Positions 1 to 8,253 of a DNA stretch of 13,095 bases are shown in pieces; the first letter of the stretch is position 1, and each line of letters begins with the position of its first letter. The stretch is from an uncultured bacterium (GTDB lineage: Bacteria; Hydrogenedentota; Hydrogenedentia; Hydrogenedentales; JAEUWI01). The notes under the pieces were generated by a model, which made no database searches, was not told the DNA's origin, and saw nothing but the letters and a program-made list of their open reading frames with translations. The stretch is from NCBI GenBank assembly GCA_963977445.1, contig CAXBPH010000201.1, positions 1 through 13,095 of the forward strand. Direction: 5' to 3'. Made by a program: the position numbers and the translations under genes.

Positions 1-54
1 GAAGGTGAAGGTGAAGGTGAAGGTGAAGGTGAAGGTGAAGGCGAAGGCGAAGGC
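1..54 (+). repeat. GAAGGY hexamer tandem repeat encoding (Glu-Gly)9, truncated by the window edge
   Basis: gaaggt/gaaggc repeated nine times in frame. Confidence 0.95.
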
Positions 55-378
55 GTCGGAAACCTGGAACAAATTGCCGACGACCTGCTCACCGACTTTA
101 ACGACCTCGACGATGATGATAACGGCAGCCTCTCTATCGACGAAGCGCGGCGCGAGACACCCAGCCTGACGGCAGCCCAATTCAACACCCTCGACACCGA
201 CCACAACGGCGAACTCAGCCAGGCCGAACTCCGGGCCCAGCTACCGACGACCGGCGCAGGCTGTGCGGCAAAGATGAGCACTATAAATTCGGCCATTACG
301 GGGAAGCTCGAAGCACTCTTCCTACTCAGCATGACGGTCATGATTCTTGCCACCTGGCCCCAAGCCAAGAGCCCATAA
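1..378 (+). CDS. C-terminal fragment of a surface/secreted protein: (EG)n linker, two EF-hand-like Ca-binding loops, Gly-Cys motif plus hydrophobic tail (5' partial)
   Basis: Frame +1 is open from base 1 to TAA at 376-378: EGEGEG...VGNLEQIADDLLTDFNDLDDDDNGSLSIDEARRETPSLTAAQFNTLDTDHNGELSQAELRAQLPTTGAGCAAKMSTINSAITGKLEALFLLSMTVMILATWPQAKSP*. DDDDNGSLSIDE and DTDHNGELSQAE fit the 12-residue EF-hand loop. Absent from the ORF track because the start lies outside the window. Confidence 0.85.
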   Translation, partial: EGEGEGEGEGEGEGEGEGVGNLEQIADDLLTDFNDLDDDDNGSLSIDEARRETPSLTAAQFNTLDTDHNGELSQAELRAQLPTTGAGCAAKMSTINSAITGKLEALFLLSMTVMILATWPQAKSP

Positions 379-403
379 TCTTTCACCCAATCGTGGAGCC
401 TGT

Positions 404-1378
404 CACCCGGGGACTGCACCGACCCGCCTACGTAGTGGCAGCGTGATGCTGTCTTGGTGCCAAGTAGAATGCGGGTAAAGCGGATGTCCTTGATGGTCGG
501 GGCCGTCCCCCTGAGGGCAGTGACACTCGGGGGGACGGCCCCGACGCTCAAAGCTTGTCTTCGTGGGTCCCTTTGTCTTTGGCACCCCATAAACGTACTC
601 GATTCAAAACATGGCGTGGTCGGTGCAGTCCCCTCCCGCCAGCCACAAGGAGATCACAAGATGAATAATCACCGCACAGGGACAGACTCGCCCCCATGCC
701 GTTCCACACCAAAGCACACGCCCCGCTAAACAAGACGACTCCTCCAAGGGCCGACAACCACGGTGGGCGTGGATGTCATGTTGTTGGCGAAGTCGACCTG
801 ACCCGATCCGGAAGTTTCTTAGGCTCAGGGCGTGACACCCGGGGGGACGGCCCCGACGATCTACGCTTGTCTTCGTGGGTCCCTTTGTCTTTGGCACCCC
901 ATAAACGTACTCGATTCAAAACATGGCGTGGTCGGTGCAGTCCCCTCCCGCCAGCCACAAGGAGATCACAAGATGAATAATCACCGCACAGGGACAGACT
1001 CGCCCCCATGCCGTTCCACACCAAAGCACACGCCCCGCTAAACAAGACGACTCCTCCAAGGGCCGACAACCACGGTGGGCGTGGATGTCATGTTGTTGGC
1101 GAAGTCGACCTGACCCGATCCGGAAGTTTCTTAGGCTCAGGGCGTGACACCCGGGGACTGCACCGACCTGGAATACGTGGTGGCAGGGCGACGATATCTT
1201 GGTACCAAGTAGAATGCGGGTAAAGCGGATGTCCTTGATGGTCGGGGCCGTCCCCCTGAGGGCAGTGACACTCGGGGGGACGGCCCCGACGCTCAAAGCT
1301 TGTCTTCGTGGGTCCCTTTGTCTTTGGCACCCCATAAACGTACTCGATTCAAAACATGGCGTGGTCGGTGCAGTCCCC
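404..1378. repeat. Modular REP/REPIN (BIME-like) array, module order A-B-C-B-C-A-B
   Basis: The motif GGGGAC(T/G)GC(A/C)CCGAC and its reverse complement occur as five inverted pairs: ~409/510, ~531/633, ~843/945, ~1153/1255, ~1276/1378. B+C repeats at a 312-bp offset. A+B repeats at a 744-745-bp offset. Confidence 0.85.
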
Positions 1379-1425
1379 GCAGCGCGTCAAAAACAAAATC
1401 ATAGTAAGCAAGCGTCGGTACGCCA

Positions 1426-1455
1426 TTGAGGTCCACCGTGGCAGAATGGTAGTCT
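1426..1455 (+). promoter_or_regulatory. Possible sigma-70 promoter for xylA
   Basis: TTGAGG (1426-1431), 18-nt spacer, TAGTCT (1450-1455) preceded by TGn (extended -10). Confidence 0.35.
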
Positions 1456-1506
1456 GTCCCGCGTGAATAGACGCAAAACCCCATTCCTACAGTGGAGAGA
1501 ATCACC

Positions 1507-2820
1507 ATGGCCGAATATTTCCCGACCGTTAAGAAGATAAAATACGAAGGCCCCGACAGCAAGAATCCCCTGGCCTTCAAACATTACAAAGCGACCCAGA
1601 AGGTCCTCGGTAAGACCATGGAAGACCACTTCCGTTTTGCCGTCTGCTATTGGCACACCTTCAAGGGCCTCGGCACCGATCCCTTCGGTGGACCCACGAT
1701 GATCCGGAGCTATGACGACGCCCCGACGGTCGACGGTCAGATCGAGCAAACCATGGACGCGGCCTTCGAGTTCATCAGCAAGCTCGGTGTCCGTTTTTGG
1801 TGTTTCCACGACGCCGACATCGCCCCCGAAGGCGAGACGCTGGACGAATCCCAACGTCGTCTCGACACGGTCGCCAAGCAGGCCAAAAAGCTCCAGAAAG
1901 AGTCGGGCATCAAACTGCTCTGGGGCACGAGCAATATGTTTTCCCACCGGCGCTTCATGTCCGGTGCGGCGACCAATCCCGATCCCGCCATCTTTGCCTA
2001 TGCCGGCGCCAAGGTCAAGAAGGCCATGGAAGTCACCAAATATCTTGGTGGCGAAGGTTACGTATTCTGGGGCGGCCGCGAAGGCTATGAAACCCTCCTC
2101 AACACCGACATGGGACGGGAACTCGACCGCCTGGCCCGCTTCCTCCACATGGCCGTGGACTACAAAGAAAAAATCGGCTTCAAGGGACAGTTCTTCATCG
2201 AACCCAAGCCCAAAGAGCCGACAAAACACCAGTACGACTTCGACGCGGCCAGCTGCCATGCCTTCTTGCAGAAGTATGACCTGGACAAACATCTCAAGCT
2301 CAATATCGAAGCGAACCATGCCCCCCTCGCTGGCCACACCTTCCACCACGAGCTCGAATATGCCGCAGCCAACGACCTCCTCGGCTCGGTGGACGCCAAC
2401 CGGGGCGACGAGCTGCTGGGTTGGGACACAGACCAGTTCCCCACCAACCTCTACGACACGACCCTCGCCATGTACACCATCCTCAAGGCAGGCGGTTTCA
2501 AATCTGGTGGCCTCAATTTCGACGCCAAACTGCGGCGCCAGTCCATCGACCCCGAAGACCTGTTCCACGCCCACATCGGTGCGATGGACGCCTTCGCCCG
2601 GGGCCTCAAGGCCGCTGGCAAGATGGTGAAAGACAAACGACTCGAAAAAATCGTGCAGAAACGCTATGCCGGTTGGGACACAGCCTTTGGCAAGAAAATC
2701 GAGTCCGGCAAGGCGACCTTGGATGACATGGACGCCTACACCCGCGCAAATGGCGAGCCCGAGCCCAAAAGCGGCCAGCAGGAACTGCTGGAAAACATTC
2801 TGAACGAATATATCGTATAA
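1507..2820 (+). CDS. xylA: Xylose isomerase (class II)
   Basis: Motifs FAVCYWHTF, FHDADIAPEG, WGGREGY, FIEPKPKEPTKHQYDFD, NIEANH, GWDTDQFP, GGLNFDAKLRR, SGQQELLE. ATG at 1507 follows the GGAGAG RBS, preferred over the GTG at 1492. Confidence 0.98.
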   Translation: MAEYFPTVKKIKYEGPDSKNPLAFKHYKATQKVLGKTMEDHFRFAVCYWHTFKGLGTDPFGGPTMIRSYDDAPTVDGQIEQTMDAAFEFISKLGVRFWCFHDADIAPEGETLDESQRRLDTVAKQAKKLQKESGIKLLWGTSNMFSHRRFMSGAATNPDPAIFAYAGAKVKKAMEVTKYLGGEGYVFWGGREGYETLLNTDMGRELDRLARFLHMAVDYKEKIGFKGQFFIEPKPKEPTKHQYDFDAASCHAFLQKYDLDKHLKLNIEANHAPLAGHTFHHELEYAAANDLLGSVDANRGDELLGWDTDQFPTNLYDTTLAMYTILKAGGFKSGGLNFDAKLRRQSIDPEDLFHAHIGAMDAFARGLKAAGKMVKDKRLEKIVQKRYAGWDTAFGKKIESGKATLDDMDAYTRANGEPEPKSGQQELLENILNEYIV

Positions 2821-2839
2821 TTCTATGGATCCCATATAC

Positions 2840-2867
2840 GGTGGTGGCTTCGGTCACCACCTTTTTT
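2840..2867 (+). terminator. Rho-independent terminator after xylA
   Basis: GGTGGTGGC-TTCG-GTCACCACC followed by TTTTTT. Confidence 0.92.
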
Positions 2868-2884
2868 GTATCTGGCACCTGACA

Positions 2885-2913
2885 TTGCCCTCTGAGGGCG
2901 ATGAATGTACAAT
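2885..2913 (+). promoter_or_regulatory. Sigma-70 promoter for the msrB-msrA fusion
   Basis: TTGCCC (2885-2890), 17-nt spacer, TACAAT (2908-2913). Confidence 0.6.
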
Positions 2914-2915
2914 TA

Positions 2916-2931
2916 TGTGATCCTTGTCACA
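2916..2931. promoter_or_regulatory. CRP/FNR-family (or Rex-like) operator palindrome
   Basis: TGTGA-TCCTTG-TCACA is an exact TGTGA-N6-TCACA with AT-rich flanks, immediately 3' of the -10 box. Confidence 0.6.
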
Positions 2932-2959
2932 AAAGCCTCTGAACGGGAGTTTCGCCATT

Positions 2960-4210
2960 ATGTCTGCCAAAAAAATGACACTACCTCAAACCATGTTAAC
3001 TTTGGTCATCGTGGGGGCAGCCCTTGGTCTTGGTTGGCGCGTCCTCATGCCCATCGTCGACGCCGCAGGCTCAGGCACGAAGAACGCCGGGGCAACATTC
3101 GAGCCCGACGGCCCCATTACGATTCGCACCTTCACCAAGGACGGCACACTGAGTGAACCCGTCACGACGGAGCCGGTCGTCCTCAGCGAAGCCGAATGGA
3201 AAAAACGACTCTCGGCGAATCAGTACAACATTCTCCGTGAAAAAGGTACGGAACGTGCCGGTACCGGTGCCCTCTTGAAAAATAAGAAAGAAGGCGTCTA
3301 CACCTGCGCAGGCTGCAAACTGCCCTTGTTTGAATCCACGACCAAGTTTGAGTCTGGCACCGGCTGGCCCAGTTTCTTCTCCCCCATCACCAAAGAAAAC
3401 GTACTCGAAGAATCCGATAACACCTATGGCATGGTGCGCACCGAAGTGCTGTGTGCCCGATGCGCTGGCCACTTGGGACACGTATTCAACGACGGCCCCA
3501 AACCTACGGGCCTCCGCTATTGCCTCAACTCGGCCTCCATTGAATTTACCGAGAATGATAACCTCAAGAGCCTCGCGGAAGAGCCCAAAATCATCGTTGC
3601 CTCAGCGGCATCGGGTGATACGCTCCCCTTCGTCACCCAAGATGTACCGCTGGCAACCGAATCGGGTAGCGCCAAGCTCGTTGTCGGCCTCGGTTGCTTC
3701 TGGTGCTCCGAGGCGGTCTTTGAGCAGCTGGATGGGGTGACGGACGTCATTTCCGGCTACGCCGGCGGCGATGCCAAAGGGGCCAACTACAAAGCCGTCT
3801 GCACCGGCACAACGGGTCATGCCGAAGTCATCGAGATTAGCTATGACCCCTCAAGAATCACCTATGGACAGCTGCTTCGGGTGTTCTTTACCGTCCATGA
3901 CCCCACCACCCTGAACTATCAAAAACCGGACAGTGGCACCCAATACCGCTCCGCCATTTTCTATCAAAGTGATGCCGAGAAGGCCCTCGCCGAAGCCTAT
4001 ATCGCTCAATTGACAGCCACAGGTAAATTTGGCGGTCCCATCGTCACTACCTTGGAACCCCTCGAAAAGTTCTATCCTGCCGAAGAGTATCACCAGGATT
4101 TTGTGAAGAAAAACCCCAACCACGGATATGTCCAGGCGTGGGCCGTGCCCAAGTTACACAAGCTGGAGAAAATGTTGAAGGCCGACAAGGCGGCAGCATC
4201 AAAAGGCTGA
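2960..4210 (+). CDS. msrAB: Bifunctional peptide methionine sulfoxide reductase, MsrB then MsrA domain, with N-terminal membrane anchor/signal
   Basis: MsrB motifs [45 protein letters not shown]. MsrA motifs [44 protein letters not shown]. Hydrophobic N-terminus [18 protein letters not shown] at 2960 follows GGGAG. Confidence 0.95.
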   Translation: MSAKKMTLPQTMLTLVIVGAALGLGWRVLMPIVDAAGSGTKNAGATFEPDGPITIRTFTKDGTLSEPVTTEPVVLSEAEWKKRLSANQYNILREKGTERAGTGALLKNKKEGVYTCAGCKLPLFESTTKFESGTGWPSFFSPITKENVLEESDNTYGMVRTEVLCARCAGHLGHVFNDGPKPTGLRYCLNSASIEFTENDNLKSLAEEPKIIVASAASGDTLPFVTQDVPLATESGSAKLVVGLGCFWCSEAVFEQLDGVTDVISGYAGGDAKGANYKAVCTGTTGHAEVIEISYDPSRITYGQLLRVFFTVHDPTTLNYQKPDSGTQYRSAIFYQSDAEKALAEAYIAQLTATGKFGGPIVTTLEPLEKFYPAEEYHQDFVKKNPNHGYVQAWAVPKLHKLEKMLKADKAAASKG

Positions 4211-4227
4211 ACCCAATCACATTTCAG

Positions 4228-4266
4228 AGAGACACGTCAGCAGACCGGTGACGTGTCTCTTTTTGT
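4228..4266 (+). terminator. Rho-independent terminator after msrAB
   Basis: AGAGACACGTCA (4228-4239) pairs with TGACGTGTCTCT (4249-4260), followed by a T-run. Confidence 0.88.
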
Positions 4267-4485
4267 CTCGCCGTAGGGCAATACGTCCAAAAAGACTACG
4301 ATGCCCCCAGCATGGAACCTTTCTGGGTCAAGGTGGATTACACACCAACGTCGTCGCCCGGGCAACAAAGACTCCAGGCACGTGAAACGCCCCATACTCC
4401 CGGAAGTGGTCCCGAAATTTTATGACCGCGCCACAATGTGCTAGCATACGCGGACCGGGGTAAACTCTTTGTCAAAAGGATTAAC

Positions 4486-5655
4486 ATGCAGTTCCACACG
4501 CCATTTCGGGCAGCCGTCACCACCCTTGTATTTTTTTCCAGCCATCTGGCCTCCGCCGACCAGACCCAGCTCAAAGACGGCTCTTTGCTGGTGGGAGACA
4601 TCCAACAATTGAGCGAAGCGGTCCTTGGTATCAACACGCCCTACGGCCCCCTCTCCGTACCTTGGGACCAGGTCGCGAATCTCAACACGGCAGCGCCGGT
4701 CACGGTCAATCTGGAAGACGGCACCCAGGTAGCAGGCGTGCTCAACGCCGTAGACGGCCAACAGTTTGTACTTGGAGAAGGCACCGAGGAAATCCCCTTG
4801 ACCCTGACCGCCGTTACCGCCATCGCACGCGTCCCCGATGAGACCGAGGCACCGGCCGATGCGGAAGCTGCACCAGCAATGACGGAGGCCGACGAAGCAG
4901 CCGCTGCCGCACCAGCGATCTGGAAGGGTCGCGCGGAATTCGGTCTCAATGGCCAGTCCGGCAACAAGGAGCGCATCGATATGCGCTTGGGCATCGACGT
5001 CAATCGGGAAGCCGAGAACACCCGTCTGAATCTCTATTTGAAGGGTGAATACGCCGAAACCAATCGCGAAAAATCCGCCAATGAAGTCATGGGTGGGGCC
5101 CGCCTCGAGTATGATTTCAGCGAGCGGACCTATGTCTTTGCCAAGGTGGACCTGGAGTATGACGAATTTGAAGACCTTGACCTCCGTGCCACCGTCACCA
5201 CAGGTCTGGGTCATTTCTTCGTAAAACGAGAGAAGCTGGAGCTCAAAGGCTGGGTCGGTGCCGGTTACGAGCACGAGACCTTCACAAAAGACGCTGAACC
5301 CCTGCCCAGACCAACCAATTCCGAAGAATACGTGCGTCAGGCGCTACGTAGTCAGTTTATCGACAACGAGATCACCACCACCGAAGATTCTGCGGTCGTT
5401 GAGCTCGGCTACACCCTGCGGAAAGACTTCAAAGAGAACTTCCGCTTTAAACATGGCCTCACCTACTATCCTTCACTCGACAACCCCGGCTCCGAGTATC
5501 GCCTCGTCGCTGACACGGGCTTCGAATTCCCCCTCGGGAAAGAGCCCGACTGGACGCTGCGCACCGGTGTTCACCACGAGTACGATGCGACGCCCCGGGA
5601 AGGCATCGAGTCACTGGATACGACCTACTATCTGAACCTTGGTTACAACTGGTAA
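4486..5655 (+). CDS. DUF481/YdiY-like outer-membrane beta-barrel protein with signal peptide and small N-terminal domain
   Basis: Signal-like N-terminus ending HLASA-DQ, then LKDGSLLVG, an Ala/Glu/Pro linker, WKGRAEFGLNGQSGNKE, YDEFEDLDLR, alternating beta-strand pattern and terminal LNLGYNW (BAM-type aromatic C-terminus). ATG at 4486 follows AAGGA. Confidence 0.8.
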   Translation: MQFHTPFRAAVTTLVFFSSHLASADQTQLKDGSLLVGDIQQLSEAVLGINTPYGPLSVPWDQVANLNTAAPVTVNLEDGTQVAGVLNAVDGQQFVLGEGTEEIPLTLTAVTAIARVPDETEAPADAEAAPAMTEADEAAAAAPAIWKGRAEFGLNGQSGNKERIDMRLGIDVNREAENTRLNLYLKGEYAETNREKSANEVMGGARLEYDFSERTYVFAKVDLEYDEFEDLDLRATVTTGLGHFFVKREKLELKGWVGAGYEHETFTKDAEPLPRPTNSEEYVRQALRSQFIDNEITTTEDSAVVELGYTLRKDFKENFRFKHGLTYYPSLDNPGSEYRLVADTGFEFPLGKEPDWTLRTGVHHEYDATPREGIESLDTTYYLNLGYNW

Positions 5656-5685
5656 ATCACCCCACCACGCCGGAGAAGAATTTTC

Positions 5686-5811
5686 ATGGATTATGATGAC
5701 CTGACCCAAACCTTTATCGACAGCTTCATCAACGTCATCATTACGGTACTTCAAGAGTACTTTGGTGCCGTATTTGAGCTTATCGACACCATCCTGCTCT
5801 TAACTTCCTGA
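5686..5811 (+). CDS. Small acidic/hydrophobic hypothetical protein (41 aa)
   Basis: GGAG RBS at 5672-5675, ATG 5686, TGA 5809-5811: MDYDDLTQTFIDSFINVIITVLQEYFGAVFELIDTILLLTS. Fills the gap between the DUF481 gene and the convergent rtcR, with C-ending codons like its neighbours. Confidence 0.6.
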   Translation: MDYDDLTQTFIDSFINVIITVLQEYFGAVFELIDTILLLTS

Positions 5812-5855
5812 GCCTATCGCGGTGTTGCGGCTGGATGCCCACCCCCCGGTCGCTT

Positions 5856-7463
5856 TCATCCTTCCACCACCTGCGCCCAACTCAGCCCAAACTTGGCCAA
5901 GTACTTTCCGAGCCTGTCTGCGTCATTCGTCGACTTCCGCTTCACGCGGGACACGGCGAAGAGCGTCCGGCCAGCCTCAGAAAGACTGCGGCTTTCCCGA
6001 CATACCCGCACCACCTCGGCCAATTGCACCCGATCAAAGGGGTCAATATCGGCAATGGCTTCGGACGATAATACCCGTCTCAGGGTTTCCCGCCCCGGGT
6101 CGACCGTCGTCCCTTCCCAGTCATGGCGAAGCCGCTCTATCTCCCGGTCCACTTCCCGCAGCGTAATGCGCCCGCCCGTCGCCAGGGTCATCATGCGGGT
6201 CACCGCTGCGCCCAGATCCCGAAAATTTCCATTCCACTTCCCCTCGGGCCCCATGGCGAACTTCAAAAATTTCGCCCGGGCCTCCTTATTAAACTGCACG
6301 TGGGTACCGCGTCGCTGAATATTCTTTTCCAGCTCGAATTCCAGGTTAGGGGCCAGGTCTTCCTTTCGGTCCCCCAATCCAGGCAAGGTGAAAGACCACA
6401 AGTTGATACGGGCCAACAGGTCTTCCCGAAAACGCCCTTCGACCACTGCATTCTGCAGGTCACGATTGGTGCCACAAATAAGCTGAAAATCGCTCTCTGC
6501 CGACCTGTCTGAGCCCACGGGAAGGAAACGCTTCTCCTCAATCGCCTGGAGCAACATGGCCTGCTCGTCCAGGCCCAACTCCCCCACTTCATCGAGAAAT
6601 AAGAGGCCTTTGTCCGCCGTTCGGAGCAATCCAGGGCGGTCCGTCGTCGCCCCCGTGAAGGAGCCTTTCACATGACCAAACAAGGACGCCATGGCCGTAT
6701 CCCCCCGCAGGGTCGCGCAGTTCACGGAAACAAAGTCCCCCTGCAGTCGTTGACGCAATTGCTTCAACGCGTAAATCTGGCGGGCGAGCTGCGATTTTCC
6801 CGCGCCCGTCGGTCCCGCAAGCAATATGGGCTGCCGACTGTTCACCGCTACCGTTTCCACCTCGTCAATCAGGGCATTGAAGGCGGCATTCTTCGTCTGA
6901 ATACCCAACTTGAGCAGGGAAACATCATCACGGTGTTCCTGCTTGAATCGCTTCGCCAACTGGTCATATTTCGAGAGGTCCAGGTCAATAGTGCTCCAGT
7001 TTCCCGGACTCCGCGCTCCCTCCTCGCGCCCCGGTCCCGTCTGCAACAGCTTCCCCGGCAGGTAGCGCGTCTCGGTAAGCAGGAAGAGACAAATCTGAGC
7101 AACGTGGGTGCCTGTCGTGAGATGAACCAGATACTCTTCCTTTTCCAGGTCGAAAGGATAATTCCGGGCAAACTCAAAGAGCATGGAGTAGACCTCCACA
7201 AAATCCCAGGGATCTTCACAGTGGGCGTCGTGGAGATTCACCTTTGTAGCGGCTGAAATCTCCCCAATGTCCGCACATACCCGCTTCGCGGTGCGAAAGT
7301 GTTTTTGCGACGCAAGCAGCTCGAAACGGTCCACCGCGAGATCGTCATGACGACACAAATCTACCGAGGGCCGCCATCGTTCCCAACGGGCCTCGCCCCG
7401 GCCATGGGCATCGAGCACCGTGCCCAGGAAGCCGATTACGACGGTTTTCTTCTTTTTCGACAT
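5856..7463 (-). CDS. rtcR: RNA repair transcriptional activator RtcR (CARF sensor, sigma-54 AAA+, HTH)
   Basis: N-terminus KKTVVIGFLGTVLD...RWERWRPSV, DPWDFVEVY, HLTTGTHVAQIC, Walker A GPTGAGKS, GHVKGSFTGA, LFLDEVGELGLDEQ, FREDLLARINLW, GNFRDL, and C-terminal SLSEAGRTLFAVSR...NDADRL.KYL.KFGL. Confidence 0.97.
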   Translation of the reverse strand: MSKKKKTVVIGFLGTVLDAHGRGEARWERWRPSVDLCRHDDLAVDRFELLASQKHFRTAKRVCADIGEISAATKVNLHDAHCEDPWDFVEVYSMLFEFARNYPFDLEKEEYLVHLTTGTHVAQICLFLLTETRYLPGKLLQTGPGREEGARSPGNWSTIDLDLSKYDQLAKRFKQEHRDDVSLLKLGIQTKNAAFNALIDEVETVAVNSRQPILLAGPTGAGKSQLARQIYALKQLRQRLQGDFVSVNCATLRGDTAMASLFGHVKGSFTGATTDRPGLLRTADKGLLFLDEVGELGLDEQAMLLQAIEEKRFLPVGSDRSAESDFQLICGTNRDLQNAVVEGRFREDLLARINLWSFTLPGLGDRKEDLAPNLEFELEKNIQRRGTHVQFNKEARAKFLKFAMGPEGKWNGNFRDLGAAVTRMMTLATGGRITLREVDREIERLRHDWEGTTVDPGRETLRRVLSSEAIADIDPFDRVQLAEVVRVCRESRSLSEAGRTLFAVSRVKRKSTNDADRLGKYLAKFGLSWAQVVEG

Positions 7464-7538
7464 TGATAATTATTCCTTCACCTGTCGCGCCGCCCCGCTT
7501 CGACGGAAGCGGAATGGTAACTATCACGGAGCACCGCG

Positions 7539-7726
7539 CAAAGGATCTTGGACATTCCTGTCCGAGGCAAGGCACTCCCAGGCATGGCCGCGCTATTGCC
7601 GTCTGTCGCAAAAACTCGAATCACAAGGGTAGCCCCCTGAATACTGTGGGGTTTCGATGCTTGAACATCGTACCCTTGGACACACCAGTGTGCTTTGCCT
7701 CGGACAGGAATGTCCAAGATCCTTTG
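7539..7726. repeat. 37-bp inverted repeat pair (36/37 match) flanking a 114-bp core; REPIN/MITE-like element
   Basis: CAAAGGATCTTGGACATTCCTGTCCGAGGCAAGGCAC (7539-7575) and GTGCTTTGCCTCGGACAGGAATGTCCAAGATCCTTTG (7690-7726). Each arm has an internal palindrome GGACA-N4-TGTCC. Confidence 0.85.
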
Positions 7727-7791
7727 TACCTACGCCCCCGGCACCATGCTGCCTTCCAATAGCCGCCTGCCGACAAAATACTTTCCTCGCA

Positions 7792-7915
7792 AATTTTATA
7801 AGTCACTATCCCACAGCCTAGCCCATTCGTCAATAAAAAATATATCCGACAAGATATCGCACTTCAGCTTTACCAATTTACCCTTTTATTTACGGCCCTT
7901 TCATAAACATAAAAG
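7792..7915. promoter_or_regulatory. AT-rich upstream activator region; candidate RtcR site ATATC-N6-GATAT (7842-7857) and possible IHF/bending tract
   Basis: AT-rich island in a GC-rich genome. The palindrome lies about 100-115 bp upstream of the predicted sigma-54 start, a typical enhancer distance. Confidence 0.5.
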
Positions 7916-7929
7916 TGCACCGTGGACTA

Positions 7930-7946
7930 TTGGCACGGCTCGTGCG
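7930..7946 (+). promoter_or_regulatory. Sigma-54 (RpoN) -24/-12 promoter divergent from rtcR; predicted start ~7957
   Basis: TTGGCACGGCTCGTGCG: GG at 7932-7933 and GC at 7944-7945, the canonical spacing of TGGCACG-N4-TTGC, next to a sigma-54 activator gene. Confidence 0.88.
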
Positions 7947-8186
7947 TTACGCACTTCAGTTGCGCGCACACCACGCCGCAACGTCACACAGTTGAATCAA
8001 GGACGCTTGCCAGGACCGCAACACCGGAAGGTACACGGCTCCCCTGGTACGTGGCTTGTCCAAACCGGACAAGTAATAGACGCTGACGCCCCGAGACCGG
8101 CGGCGCGGTTCGCCCAACACCCTTAACCGGATGCCATTGGCGTTCCGCGTTCCGTGAACGGGTTCTAAACTCTGGTGTCAGAAGCC

Positions 8187-8253
8187 CGGAGATGGCTCAC
8201 CGGTAGAGCCCGATGGTATCCCCATCGCACAGGTTCAACTCCTGTATTTCCGA
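8187..8253 (+). ncRNA. tRNA-like unit 1 (aberrant, probably non-decoding)
   Basis: Acceptor CGGAGAT/ATTTCCG (7 bp), D-arm GCTC-ACCGGTA-GAGC, stem CGATG-GTATCCC-CATCG, T-arm ACAGG-TTCAACT-CCTGT. Only 1-nt linkers before the D-arm and T-arm, and no encoded CCA. Confidence 0.75.

Noticed and set aside
404..1378. CRISPR array
   Set aside because: Repeats alternate in orientation, intervening sequences are 70-200 bp and are themselves repeated, and there are no cas genes.
403..1429. Short ORFs in the repeat array, including a 22-aa ORF after AGGAG at 661 and 973
   Set aside because: They are translations of repeats, open on both strands, with no recognisable protein features.
1507..2820. xylA without neighbouring xylB or transporter as a novelty
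   Set aside because: Stand-alone xylA is common outside enterobacteria and Firmicutes.
1399..2835. 478-aa minus-strand ORF, and similar antisense ORFs over DUF481, slipin and SNF2
   Set aside because: Antisense shadows of real genes caused by GC-rich codon bias.
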